DNA of 64,000 bases. Origin: Malacoraja senta (taxonomy: Eukaryota). The position numbers and the translations under genes are program-made. This document shows positions 12,533-25,129 of the stretch, piece after piece. The stretch covers positions 2,668,001-2,732,000 of the forward strand of contig CM075990.1 of assembly GCA_038087875.1 (NCBI GenBank), written 5' to 3'. The stretch's first letter is position 1; the number at the start of each line of letters is the position of its first letter. Below the pieces are notes generated by a model, which did no database searches, had not been told where the DNA came from, and worked only from the letters and a program-made list of their open reading frames with translations.

Positions 12533-13934
12533 CCTTCTTCAACACCCTAGCTAACAATGGCCTGTTTCCTTTATCATCGTCACTTTTTTTGCATATCTTT
12601 CATTCATTTGTTCTATATCTCTCTATATCACTGTCTATATCTCTCGTTTCACTCTCCCCTGACTCTCAGTCTTGGCCCAAAACGTCACCTGACCCTGTTG
12701 CTCCACAGATGCTGTCTGACCCGCAGAGTTACTCCAGCTTTTTGTGCCTATCGGCAATTTCCCCAAAGGTGTTTTCAATGAAATTCATTGCCACAGACGT
12801 CTATGGGGGCCGAGTCAATGGATAGTTTTAAGTTGGAGATTGACCGATTCTTGATTAGTACGGGCGTCAGAAGTTATGGGAAGAAGGCAGGAGAATGGAG
12901 TAAGGAGGGAGAGATAGATCAGCCATGATTGAATGGCGGAGTAGACTTGATGGGACGAATGGCCTAATGCTGCTCCTAGAATTTTATGAACATGAAAAAA
13001 ATCACCAAAAGTTTATTGTTTAAAAATCAAAGTGATATAAATCCAAGCACCAATAAAGTGATGAAATTCCCCAAGAACTGGTGAAATTTGCTTTCACAGG
13101 TAAACTCATGTTGAGATAGGCACAAAGTGCTGGAGTAACTCAGCGGATCAGGTAGCATATCTGGAGGAATAGGATGGGTGACGTTTTGGGTCGGGACCCT
13201 TCTTCCGAATCATTTTTCTCCAGTGATGCTGCCTGACCCACTGAGTGACTCCAGCACTTTGTGTCTATCTTTGGTATAAACCAACATCTGCAGTTATCTT
13301 TCTTCATCTCATGTTAATCTATTCTTTTTTGCTATGTAGTGGTGACACTGTGAGATGATTTACCGTCCCACCAAACGCATGGTCTCTGCAGACATGCAAT
13401 GTAAAGACACTGTCGTGTTGTCACTACATTTGATTCTGACCCCACTCCAGGGTCATTTTCCTCCCTCAACCCAAAGGCGTATGCGTTTGTAGATTAATGG
13501 ACCTCTGTAAATTGTCTCTCATGTGTTGGAATTGAATGTGAGTGTGGGATAGCATAGAACTAGTGTGAATGATGATCAATGGTCAGCATGGACTCGGTAG
13601 GTCAAATGGCCTGTTCTCAAGGTCGGTGCAGTGGTGCAGCGGGTAGAGTTGCTGCCTTACAGGACCAGAGACCCGGGTTCAATCCTGACTATGGGTGTAA
13701 GAAGAACTGCAGATGCTGGTTTAAACTGTAGATGGACACAAAAAGCTGGAGATAGACTGTCTGTATGAAGTTTTCACCTTCTCCCTGGGACCGCGTGGGT
13801 TTTCTCCGGGTGTTCCTGTTTGCTCCCACACTCCAAAGGCTTGCAGGTTTGTAAGTTAATTGGCTGCTGTAAATTGTCCTTAGTGCGTAGGATAGTGCTA
13901 GTGTGCAGGGTGATCCCTGGTCAGCACAGACTCA

Positions 13935-14507
13935 ATAGACAATAGACAATAGGTGCAGGAGTAGGCCATTCGGCCCTTCGAGCCAGCACCGCCATTCAAT
14001 GTGATCATGGCTGATCATCCCCAATCAGTACCCCGTTCCTGCCTTCTCCCCATATCCCCTGACTCTGCTATCTTTAAGAGCCCCATCTAACTCTCTCTTG
14101 AAAGTATCCATAGAACCGGCCTCCACTGCCCTCCGAGGCAGAGAATTCCACAGACTCACAACTCTCTGTGAGAAAAAAATGCTTTTCCTCGTCTCTGTTC
14201 TAAATGGCTTACTCCTTATTCTTAAACTGTGGCCCCTGGTTCTGGACTCCCCCAACATCGGGAACATGTTTCCTGCCTCTAGCGTGTCCAAACCCTTAAC
14301 AATCTTATATGTTTCAATAAGATACCCTCTCATCCTTCTAAACTCCAGAGTATACAAGCTCAGCCGCTCCATTCTCTCAGCATATGACAGTCCCGCCATC
14401 CCGGGAATTAACCTACGCTGCACTCCCTCAATAGCAAGAATGTCCTTCCTCAAATTAGGGGACCAAAACTGCACACAATACTCCAGATGTGGTCTCACTA
14501 AGGCCCG
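13935..14507 (-). mobile_element. CR1 (HER1-like) LINE 3' end
   Basis: YRALVRPHLEYCVQFWSPNLRKDILAIEGVQRR...VSLWNSLP plus tail. Confidence 0.92.
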
Positions 14508-14781
14508 ATACAACACGGTGGGCCAAAGGGCCTGTTTCCATGCTGTATCTTTAAAGTCTAGCCTAAAGTCCATGCTGTATCTTTCAATATTTCTACCCAT
14601 CAAAATACCCGAACACATTACAATTTCCCTCTTTATAATTTTTTTAGTCATCCATTGTTGTTTTCTAAAACATTTCCAATCTCTCCGGAGATGCTGCCTG
14701 TCCTGCTGAGTTACCACACCATTTTGTGTCTACCATTTCTCAGGATCTCCTGTGCTACAATCAAGTCACTCTCACTCTTTA

Positions 14782-15016
14782 AGGGCCTGTCCCACTCGGG
14801 TGTCATTTGCGCGTCACGCAGGTGGCGCGCGAAGATTTCGTGAATCCCCAAATCCTGGGGCGCCGCGCGCGACCGCACGTCACCGCCTACGCCACCACGT
14901 CTCACCACACGCCATGCGCGCGTAATGTACGCCATGCGCGCGTCACGTGCACGTCACGACGTACACGTGACACGTAAATTATGTCGCGCAAATAACTCCC
15001 AAGTGGGACAGGCCCT
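14782..15016. mobile_element. PIF/Harbinger-type MITE (CpG-rich subfamily)
   Basis: TIRs agggcctgtcccact / agtgggacaggccct with a TTA TSD; interior related to the 25197 and 29358 copies. Confidence 0.9.
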
Positions 15017-15885
15017 TTACACTTTTACTTTGGACTTTGGAGATACAGCGTGGAAACAGGCCATTGAAACAAAGTGTTTCAATGCACCTGTGAGTCAATG
15101 GTGCAGCCTTGTCCCTTAGAACAGAAAACAGTACAGCATAGGCCCTTCGGCCCATTATGTCCATGCTGAACACGAGGCCAGGTTAAACTAATCTCCTCTG
15201 CCATCCCCTCTCCCTGCCTCTCTGTGTGCCTATTTAAAAGCTTCTTAGACACCACAATCTTATCTGCCTCCACTCCACCCTCGGCAGCATGTTCCTGTCA
15301 CCCATTACTCTGTGTGTGAAGAACCTGCCTTACACATCTCCTTTAAACTTTCCCCCTTTCACTTTAAAGAAGTCTTTCACATTTCCAACCTGGGATATAA
15401 ATATCTTATCTGTGCCTCTCATAGTTCTATATACTTTTGCAGTATCTCATTAATCTCCAATGCTCTAGAGGAAATAAGTCTACCTTTTCAGCAACTTTAG
15501 GCCATACGCTCGGAATAAAACCGTGAAAAGAATAAGTAGAGTGAAAACGAAGGAAAATGAGAAATATATTTAATAAAGATGACACTACGATAGCTGGGGT
15601 CGCGAACTGTGAGGAAGGCTGTCCAGGACTACAGCGGGATATCGAACAGCTACAGAAATGGGCATAGAAATGGCAGATGCAGTTAATCAGGGCAAGTGTG
15701 AGGTGGCCAAATAAGCAATTCATGTTGTGATCCTCAACAGCATTGTCGATATACTGGTGCAGAAGGCATATGGTATGCTTGACCTCATAGTTCAGGGCAC
15801 TGAGCATAAGAGTCAGGAGGTCATGATGCAGCTCTGTAGGACTTCAGTTAGGCCGCATTTGGAACACTGCAGCGTTCTGGTCACC

Positions 15886-16228
15886 CTCAGGTTGGCCGAC
15901 TTGGGGTTACTGACCATCCCGCTGTCTAGGCATAAGCTCAGGGGCGACCGCGCTTTTGCGGTTGCAGCACTTAGACTGTGGAACAGCATCCCCCTTCCCA
16001 TCAGAACTGCCCCCTCCATCGACTCCTTTAAGTCTAGACTTAAAACTTATTTCTACTCACAAGCGTTTCTTGAGGTCCTCCGAGGGAGCGCTGTATGTAT
16101 GTATTTATGTATGTATTGTTGATCTATGTACCACTGTATGTAGCATGTTAGTACCTGCACTGATGTAAAGCACTTTGTTCAACGAGAGTTGATTTTAAAT
16201 GTGCTATAGAAATAAAATTGACTTGACT
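15886..16228 (+). mobile_element. L2 LINE 3' end nested in CR1
   Basis: LLTIPLSRHKLRGDRAFAVAALRLWNSIPLPIRTAPSIDSFKSRLKTYFYSQAF, then gtaaagcacttt...aaatgtgctatagaaataaa and a (ttgac)n tail. Confidence 0.88.
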
Positions 16229-16310
16229 ATAGGATGTGGAGGTTGTGGAAGGGATGCAGAGGTTTGCAGAATTATGCCTGGATCGCGGGGTATTAGCTAC
16301 ATGGAGGGGT

Positions 16311-16446
16311 GGAAGATTGCAACCTTCACGTGGTCTGCCCTGTTTCGACGAATGCAATCAACCCAACGTGCACAATCAAATAAGATCAAATAGAACAAGT
16401 TGTCCTACAACTTTAGGCTGTGCACGCCATACGCAAGAAGAAGAGA
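16311..16446 (+). mobile_element. Short retro-insertion with (AAG)n tail and 16-bp TSD (possibly Vingi-like 3' end)
   Basis: Flanked by agctacatggagRggt at 16295-16310 and 16447-16462; ends ccatacgcaagaagaag. Family assignment is tentative. Confidence 0.7.
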
Positions 16447-16602
16447 AGCTACATGGAGAGGTTGGAAAGACTTGGATTGTTTTCACGTGAACACCGAAGT
16501 TTGCTGGGAGATCGCGTAGGCCTGGGCCGACACATTAACATGGGTTAGTAACATGGTTACAAAAACACCACGATGAGAAAATATCTGCCAACACAGGCAG
16601 GG

Positions 16603-16917
16603 TGGCACGGTGGCGCAGTGGTAGAGTTGCTGCCTCACAGCGCTTGCAGCACTGGGGACCCAGGTTCGATACTGACTACGGGTGCTGTCTGTACGGAGTT
16701 TGTACGTTCTCCCCGTCACCCACGTGGGTTTTCCCCCCCGAGACCTTCGGTTTCCTCCCACACTCCAAAAACGTACAGGTGTGTAGGTTAATTGGCTTGG
16801 TGTAAATGTGAAAATTATCCCTAGTGTGTGCAGGATAGTGATAATATGCGGGGATCGCTGGTCAGCGCGGACCCGGTGGGGCGAAGGGCCTGATTCCGCG
16901 CTGTATCTCTCAACTAA
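16603..16917 (+). mobile_element. tRNA-derived V-SINE (HE1-like), full length
   Basis: A/B boxes, V-domain and CR1-type tail. Representative of roughly 40 full or partial copies in the window. Confidence 0.88.
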
Positions 16918-17162
16918 ATGAAACGATGTTGTCGTTTGGACGCAGACTAAATTCAAAGGTATCAACACACCCCTTGAAATCCACACTTTCATTTGCAAAG
17001 CTCTGAGGATTTGCCTCATAATTCCCCAGCTAATTGTAGAAGTTCTCTATTTTTTGAGATCCAGCTGACACCTGACAGGGAAGCGGGGAGTAATTACTGT
17101 TGTGGCAATTAGATACAAGAGGTTCTTGACAGGAGGCATTTGAAATTCCGAAAGATGGGAAT

Positions 17163-17210
17163 GGGGGGGGTGGGGAGTGGGGGGTGGGGAGGGGGGGTGG
17201 GGGAGCGGGG
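17163..17210 (+). other. G-run tract (potential G-quadruplex)
   Basis: Seven runs of 4 or more G separated by 1-3 nt. Confidence 0.6.
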
Positions 17211-17854
17211 TTGATATGCCACTGGGAAAGGTCTCGGAAAAGAGCAGATTGTCAGGGATTATGACACTGCCAAAACAGGTCTGAATCCTCTGTGAATGAG
17301 ATCAGAGAGCAGTATTAGTAAAGGCCCAACACAGGATTAGTTTCATTTAACACTAAAAGCTGAGGTAATACTCAGCGGGTATAGTATTTTTTAGAGATAC
17401 AGCACAGAAACAGGTCCTTCGGCCCACCGAGTCCGCACCGACCAGCGATCCCAGCACCCTAACACTATCCTACACACGCTAGGGAAATTTACAACTTTAC
17501 CAAGCCAATTAACTTACAAACCTGTGCGTCTTTGGAGTGTGGGAGGAAACTGAAGATCTCGAAGAAAATGCACACACACCACGGGGAGAAGGTACAAACT
17601 CCATACAGACAAACACCTGTAGTCAGGATTGAACCCGGGTCTCTGGCGCTGTAAGGCAGCAACTCTACCGCTGCACCACCGGGCCCCCCCCATTGCTCGG
17701 GGTACTGAGTACAAGAGTGGGAATGTCATGTTGCACCCTTGTAGGACTTTGGTTAGGTTGCGTTTGGGGTATTATGTGAGGTTCTGGTCGCCCCATTACA
17801 GGAAGGATGAGGAAGCTATGGAGAGGGTGCAGAAGAGGTTTACCGGAGTACATG

Positions 17855-18305
17855 CAGAGAATTGTGGAAGCAGCCCTGTCCATCACACAAACCAACCCAA
17901 TTTCCATTGACTCCATCCTCGGCAAGGCCAGCAGCATAATCAAAGACCAGTCTCACCTCAAACACTCCCTCTTCTCCCCTCTCCCATCAGGCAAGAGGTA
18001 CAGAAGTGTGAAAACGGACACCTCCAGATTCAGGGACAGTTTCTTCCCGGCTGTTATCAGGCAACTGAACCATCCAATCACCAACTGGAGAGTAGTGCTA
18101 AGCTTCTATCTACTTCATTGGAGACATTTGGACTATCTTTAATTGGACTATACTGGACTTTATCTTGCACTAAACATTATTCCCTTTATCCTGTATCCGT
18201 ACACTGTGGACGGCTCGATTGTAAGTATATATAGTCTTTCCGCTGACTGGTTAGCACGCAACAAAATGTTTTCACTGTACCTCAGTACACGTGACAATAA
18301 ACTCA
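17855..18305 (+). mobile_element. Rex1/Babar LINE 3' fragment
   Basis: QRIVEAALSITQTN...SLFSPLPSGKRYRSVKTDTSRFRDSFFPAVIRQLN plus 3' UTR. Confidence 0.85.
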
Positions 18306-19984
18306 ACTAGAATAGCTATAGGGTGAAGATGGACAAACTTGGATTGTTTCTCTGGAACGTCGGTGGCAGATAGAAGTTCGTAAAGTAAGAGATGCATAGA
18401 TAGTGTAGACAGTCAGAATTTTTGTCCTTGGATCAAAATGTCAACGTCTAGAGAGCCTAGCTTTAAGATGAAAGGGACAAAGTTTAAAGGAGATGTAATA
18501 AAAGTCCGAAGAAGGGTTCCGACCCGAAGCGTCACCTGTCCATTTTCTCCAGAGATGATGCCTGACCCACTGAGTTCCTCCAGTAGTTTATGTCTATCTT
18601 TGAAGAAAATGTGCTGGGCAGGTATTTTACACAGTGGGTGCCTGCTACAAACTGCCAGGGATATTATAATGTAGGCAGCTGCAACAGTGGCGTTTTGGAA
18701 GCTTTTAGATACGTAGATGGATACACAGGAAATAGTGTGATGTGGATCACTTGCAGGCAGAAGAGATTAGTTTAACTCGGAAGCAAGTTTGGTGCAGACA
18801 TTGTGGGCTGAAGGGGCTGTTCCTCTGTTGTGTTCTTCTATGTTCTAACCTTGTCCTGACCAAACCGCTACATTTTGAGGATGAACAGAGTGATGTTCTG
18901 TCCATTGTCTGAAGAATGGTCTCGACCCTAAATCATCATCTGTTGTATCGGCCCGTGTTCTCCAGGGATCCTGCCTGACCTGCTGAGTCACTCTAGCAAT
19001 CGCGGTGTCACGGTGGCACAGCGGTAGAGTCGCTGCCATATAGCGCCAGAGACAAGGGTTCGATCCTAATTACAGGTGCTGTCTGTACGGAGTTTGTACG
19101 TTCTCCCTGTGACCACGTGGACTTTCTCCCAGTGCTCCAGTCTCCTCCCACACTCCAAAGACGTGCAGGATTGTAGGTTTATTGGCCACGGTAAAAAATT
19201 GTAAATTGTCCCAAGTGTGTAGGACAGTGCTAGTATACGGGGTGATCGCTGGTCAGCACGGACTCAGTGGGCCGAAGGGCCTGTTTCCGCGCTGCTTCTC
19301 TACAGTCTAAATTCTACGGCCACTCTGTGTTGTGGAGTGGCTTTCAAACAATGTTCTTCTGAGTGAGGACATAGGTTTAAGGTGAAGGGGGGAAAGATTT
19401 AAGAGGAACCTGAGGGGTAACTTTTTCATGCAAAGGATGGGAGGTGTATGGAACAAGCTGCCGAAGAAGGTAGTTGAGGCAGGGACTATCGTTACATTGA
19501 AGAAACATTTAGACAGGTACATGGATAGGATAAGTTTAGAGGGATATGGGCCAAATGCAGGCAGGTGGGACTAATGTAGATGGGACATGTTGGGCGGTTG
19601 TGGGCAAATTGGACCCAAGGGCGCATTTCCACTCTGTATCACTGTGACTCTATGCCTCCATGTGAGCCTTACTGAATCCATTCTTACCCCTAAACGTGGC
19701 AATGTTAATATCAGGGAAAGTCCTTCTGGCCCTCAGAAGGATATTGTTTAAATAACCAAAGAATATAGTTCAGTTTAGAGATACAGCGAGGAACAGGCCT
19801 TTCGGCCCACCGAGTCCGTGCAGCCCCGCGATCGCCGCACATGAACACTATCCTACACACACTAGGGACAATTTACATTTGTCCCTTCTTTAGTCAAAGG
19901 GTGGTGAATCTGTGGAATTCTTTCCCACAGAAGGCTGTGGAGGCCAAGTCAGTGGATATATTTAATGCATATATATATATGTTG

Positions 19985-20192
19985 ATATATATATATATAT
20001 ATATATCAACATTTTTTAAACACTAATAACTCTTTTATTTTTCATCGATGGGAAAAATCCTCGTCCTGCGCAGCGGAGGGGGACTCTGATTAAGATGGCC
20101 AAAAATCACAGCCGTAAGTGGCAGCGTTTTTTCTAAAATCAATATACAGAACAACAGGAAGTGGTCAAGATCAGACTTTTAGTAATATAGAG
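19985..20192. mobile_element. Unclassified insertion, possibly a non-autonomous Helentron/DINE-like end
   Basis: About 190 bp interrupting a CR1 3' end, next to (TA)n, ending ttttagtaatataga. Classification is from memory only. Confidence 0.35.
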
Positions 20193-21345
20193 ATATAGAT
20201 AGATAGATTCTGGATTAGTACGGGTGTCAGAGGCTATGGGGAGAAGGCAGGAGAATGGGGTTAGGAGGGAGAAATACTTCAGCCATGAGTGAATGGCGAA
20301 GTAGATTTGATGGGCTGAATGGCCTAATTTGGCTCCTATCTCTTAAGATCTTATGATCATGATCCCAAGCCAATTAACTTATAAACCTGTACGTGTTTGG
20401 AGTGTGGGAGGAAGCCCACAGCACCCGGGGAAAACCCACGCAGGTCACGGGGAGAACAGTGCAAACTCCATTACAGACAGCACCCGTAGTCAGGATCGAA
20501 CCCGGGTCTCTGGCCCTATAAGCACGATATGGCAACAACTTTACCGCTGCACCACCATGTCACATCAATATACTGATGTGTTAATTAAATTCAACCTTTA
20601 AATAGCCTTAAAATTGTTTGTTAATTACACATGATGGGTTTTACTGAACAATTTAGTGATCTCCTGTAGCAGGGAGCAGTGCAGTGCACATATTTAGTTT
20701 CATTATATGTACAAGCCATCCAATTTGGACACACTGACTGCTTTTAATTGTGCTATTCTGTAGGATGAATGGTCCATTAGTTAATTGACCTAAAATTGTC
20801 TAATTGGCCAAAACTTTTAGAAAAGTCTACACTTCCTAAGTTTGTTTGTAGTTTTACTCACACTATTGTGGCACCTCTGGGATTTTCCCTGCAGGGACTC
20901 GCCAATAACGCTGGAATAATAAGAAAGCAACTCGTGTTCGGAGATCTGGCTGTGGATTAGTGTAGAGATTCAGTGTGGAAACAGGCCACTCAGCCCACCG
21001 AGCCCACACCGACCTGAATACTGCACAATAAGGCCAATTTTACAGAGGCCAATTAACCTAGAAACCTGCCCATCGTTGCAATGTGGGAGGAAACCAGAGC
21101 AGCCGGAGAAAACCCAGGCGGTCACAGGGAGAATGCACAAACTCCATACAGACAGCACCCGTAGTTGAGATGGAATCTGGGTCTCTTGCGCCATAAGGCA
21201 GCAACTCTACCACTGCGCCACCGTGCCACCGCTGTGCGTTCTGTCACCGCTTGTTGGAGGTATGTCTAACTTAGAACTACAATAAAGCAGATGAGATTGA
21301 ATCAAGCATCTGTGGCAGAGTTGAACATACAAAGTGTTGGAGTAA

Positions 21346-22024
21346 AGGGCCTGTCCCACTTACGTGTCCTTGGCATGCAAATTACGCGACCTCGTGGTCG
21401 CGTTGAGCCGAGATGGTCGAGCGAAGGTCGCGCGCGATTTCATGCGTTCGCCCAGCCGTCTGGAGCGCGTGACGTCATTTGAAGATGGACACAAAATGCT
21501 GGAGTAACTCAGCGGGACCGGCAGTATCTCTGGAGAGAAGCAATGGGTGATGTTTCGTGTCGAGACTCTTCTTCAGTCTGAAAAGAAGGGTCTTGACCCT
21601 AAACGTCACCCATTGCTTCTCTCCAGAGATGCTGCCGGTCCCGCTGAGTTACTCCAGCATTTTGTGTCCATCTTTAATTTTCTTGACCCCGCTCTGGGAG
21701 TAGAAGTGGGTGGGGATCCGGACCGCAACGGCCGTGAGCCCCAGGCCGAGCTCGGCGATCGTTCGCCTGCTTCTGCTGCTGTTGAAGGTGAGACGTTGCG
21801 TCGCGCCAGGGTCTTGGGCCTGTCCCACTTTGGCCGTCAGTTCCGCGACAGGCCGTTGGCGCGTGAAGATTTTGTTCACTACAAAAATGTCGCGCACAAC
21901 TACATACCCCTCCGCGCTTCTAAGTGGGACCGGCCCCGCGCGGCCATATGATGCCCATATGCCTCAACGCAACCACGAGGTCGCGTAATTTGCGTGCGAA
22001 GGACACGTAAGTGGGACAGGCCCT
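21346..22024. mobile_element. Composite PIF/Harbinger-type MITE carrying captured sequence
   Basis: About 60-bp TIRs (agggcctgtcccacttacgtgtcctt...gcgttgag) with a TAA TSD. Contains a Penelope-derived palindrome (21481-21674) and an inner TIR pair (21816-21936). Confidence 0.9.
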
Positions 22025-23863
22025 TAACTCATCAGGTCTGGCAACATTTCAAGTCGGGACCTTTCTTCAGGCTGAATGTAATAGTTTAGTTTAGTTGAGT
22101 TTAGTTTAATTCAGTTTAGTTCAGTTTTGCTTATTGTTAAATGTACCGAGATACAGTGTAAAGCTTTTGTTGTGTGTTGACCGATCAGCGGCAAGACAAT
22201 ACATGATTACAATCGAGCCGTCCACACTGTACAGATACAGGATAAAGGGAATAACATGAATAACGTTTAGTGCGAGATAAAGCCAAGTAAATCCAGTCCA
22301 ATCAATGATAGAATGTTCCAGAAGGAACTGCAGATGCTGGAGGAGAAGGGTCTCGACCCGAAACGCTGCCTATTTCCTTCGCTCCATAGACGCTGAGTTT
22401 CTCCAGCACTTTTGTCTACCTCCGATCAATGATAGTCCGAGGCTGTCCAACGAGATGTATAGTAGCTCAGGACCGCTCTCCAGTTGTTGGTTCAGTTGCC
22501 TGATAACAGCTGGGAAGAAAGAACAACTGATTAGTTGCAGTGAATTAAATAACCACAATAATAATTGGTGGCAGCATAGCGGTAGAGTTGCTGCCTCACA
22601 GCACCAGAGTCCTGGGTTCGATCCTGACTACGGGTGCTGTCTGTATGGAGTTTGTACGTTCTCCCTGTGACCTGCCTGGGTTTTCTCCGAGATCATCTGT
22701 TTCCTCCCACACTCCAAAGACATACAGGGTTGTGTGTGGGATAGTGTTAGTGCACGGGGATCGCTGGTTGGCGCGGACTCGGTGGGCTGAAGGGTCTGTC
22801 TCCGCGCTGTATCTCCAAGCTAAACTAAACTGAAAACAAAATCTTTCTGGAAACCCACAGCTAAGGGAGGGGACGGACGCAGGGAGTGTTTTGGGAGGGT
22901 GGTGAATGACAGGTGGACAGTGTAATGCGTTACTGATGAACACCGATCAGCAGAACCCTCTCTGCCTCCTTGTCATCTGGCGCTCTCGTTCAAGACGAAT
23001 TTGATCGACACCTGCATCAAGGTCACAGTTTATTGGTTTCCGCAAAAGAGGCAGAACTGCCAATTTAGACAGGGAGTGACAAAAAGTTCCCATCTAAATG
23101 GAATAATTTCACCACAGGGAATTCTAGGCCAAGGAGGAACGGAGGCAGCGTTTTTAACAATGGTTGAATGACAAACATACACGACACTGAAAGGATGACA
23201 GAACATCGACTTTGACACTTCACCAGGGAGCTATGAAATAAACAATAGTGAGAGAATTGCATTACAATCAGAGAGGAACATACACTAAAGAAGGGATTGG
23301 TGCAAGGCAGACAGCCTCAAGTATGAACAAATAAGTCAGCCTTAACATCAAGTAGAATTTTTTTTTGTTAACTTTCCCACCGCTATTCCACACGGACTTT
23401 CCACCAGACATTAGCAGTGATGTTTATCATCTTCCCACCACCATGTACACTAGATAATAGGCCCCAGTGTTACTGACAATTGCTCACTTTAAAATGAAAC
23501 ATTTGTTCAGGCACTTACTTATTCCCCGAGTGTTCGGGGATTGCTAAATAAAAATGATTGGATAAATTGTCTGTTTTTGGTCACTAGACCAGCATAACAC
23601 ACGTTCCCTGACAAAATCCCTACAGCCATTCGGCTATTAAACACTCAAAAAATTATACAACCTCAAATAAGCTCTGAACTACATATACTATTATAGTTAT
23701 TATTGCACTGTTATTTGGTGTGTACGTATGTGTGCGTGTGTGTATATATGATCTATACACTCACACACACATATATATATATGTATGTGTGTATTTGCGA
23801 ATGTAGACACAAAAAGCTGGAGTAATTCAGCGGGACAGGCAGCATCTCTGGAGAGAAGGAATG

Positions 23864-23897
23864 GGTGACGTTTCGGGTCGAGACCCTTCTTCAGACC
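23864..23897 (-). ncRNA. Minimal type I hammerhead ribozyme motif (Penelope pLTR), Pax-sense strand
   Basis: Reverse complement is ggtctgaagaagggtctcgacccgaaacgtcacc, identical to the 40393 copy. Confidence 0.7.
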
Positions 23898-24006
23898 TAC
23901 TTCAGTGTATGTATATATAGATATTCACAGAACTTTTTTTTCTCTCTCTCGTTTATTATATTGTTTACAGCGTACTATGTTTACATATTCTGTTGTGCTG
24001 CTGCAA

Positions 24007-24850
24007 GGGCGGTGCCATCGCAGTGGCTGCCTCGCCAACAGTCTGTCTGTCCCCTCTCTGTTTTATTATTTTAATTGTGTTTTAAAAGTATGTATTAGTG
24101 TTTCTTGGTCTGTTTTATGTGGGGGTGGGGGTGGGGGAGGGGGGGAATTGGGGAAAACCTTTTTCAATCACTTACCTCGATGGAGATGTGATTTTTCTCC
24201 GTATTGTATCTCCGTCCACCCTACGACTTAACAATGTGGGGTGGTGCGGCCTTTCCTGAAGACCGGCCCGGCGCTTCAAGCCGCAGGCGGGCGGACTTTG
24301 TCATCAAAGGAACCTGTGATCCTTTGCTGAGGATCGACTGTGACGATCTCCGACCGCGGGGCCTGTGGACTTTAACACCATGAAGCCCGCGGTCTCCGGT
24401 AAGAAGAGGCCGACTCGGGAGCTCCATGCTGCGGAGTGTTCCAATTCATCCCGACATGAGGGCTTCGGACATCGGACCGTCGGCAGTGGCGACTGCGGAG
24501 GGTTCAACAGTCCCGACCACCGGTGAACAAAGAGGAAGATGATTGAACTTTATTACCTTCCATCACAGTGAGGACTGTGGATTCCGCTGTGGTGGATGTT
24601 TATGTTAAATTTTATTTAATATGGCCATGTGTATTGTTGCTTTTCACTTAGTATGGCTGTATGGTAACCAAATAACACAGGGGTATGGGGAGAAGGCAGG
24701 AACGGGGTACTGATTGGGGATGATCAGCCATGATCTCATTGAATGGCGGTGCTGGCTCGAAGGGCCAAATGGCCTACTCCTGCACCTATTGTCTATTGTC
24801 TATTGGACCTTAATTGGTGCAAGTGACAATAAATTTGAACTTGAAGAACT
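24007..24850 (+). mobile_element. GC-rich non-autonomous retroelement with Rex1-type tail (CR1 piece nested at about 24680-24803)
   Basis: Interrupts ctgctgcaag|taagaatttcatt of a Rex1 3' UTR; ends gtgacaataaatttgaacttga. Confidence 0.6.
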
Positions 24851-25129
24851 TGAAGTAAGAATTTCATTATTCCATCTGGGACAGATGACAATAAAACACT
24901 CTTGACTCTTGACTTTAAAGTTACAGGTGAGAAAGGAGCGGCAGTTTAAAAGAACGTTGGCAAGATTACAGGAATTAATTGTGCTCTTGATTTTTAGAGA
25001 GAGAAAAAAAGTGGGTAGACGTGTAAAGTTTTACAAATGATTTTGGACAAGGTCAACAAGAAACTGTACAATAGTCACCAAGCAATGGCAGATAATTGCT
25101 CTGTCTGTGTGTGTAAATGAGGAGTAAGA

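Noticed and set aside
14025..14717. 200+ aa ORFs as host genes (also 6216-6860, 415-990 and 62942-63439)
   Set aside because: They are chimeras of CR1, SINE and Penelope fragments; no complete RT or autonomous element was found in the window.
16603..16680. tRNA genes
   Set aside because: The A/B-box heads continue directly into SINE V-domains and tails; there is no standalone cloverleaf with a terminator.
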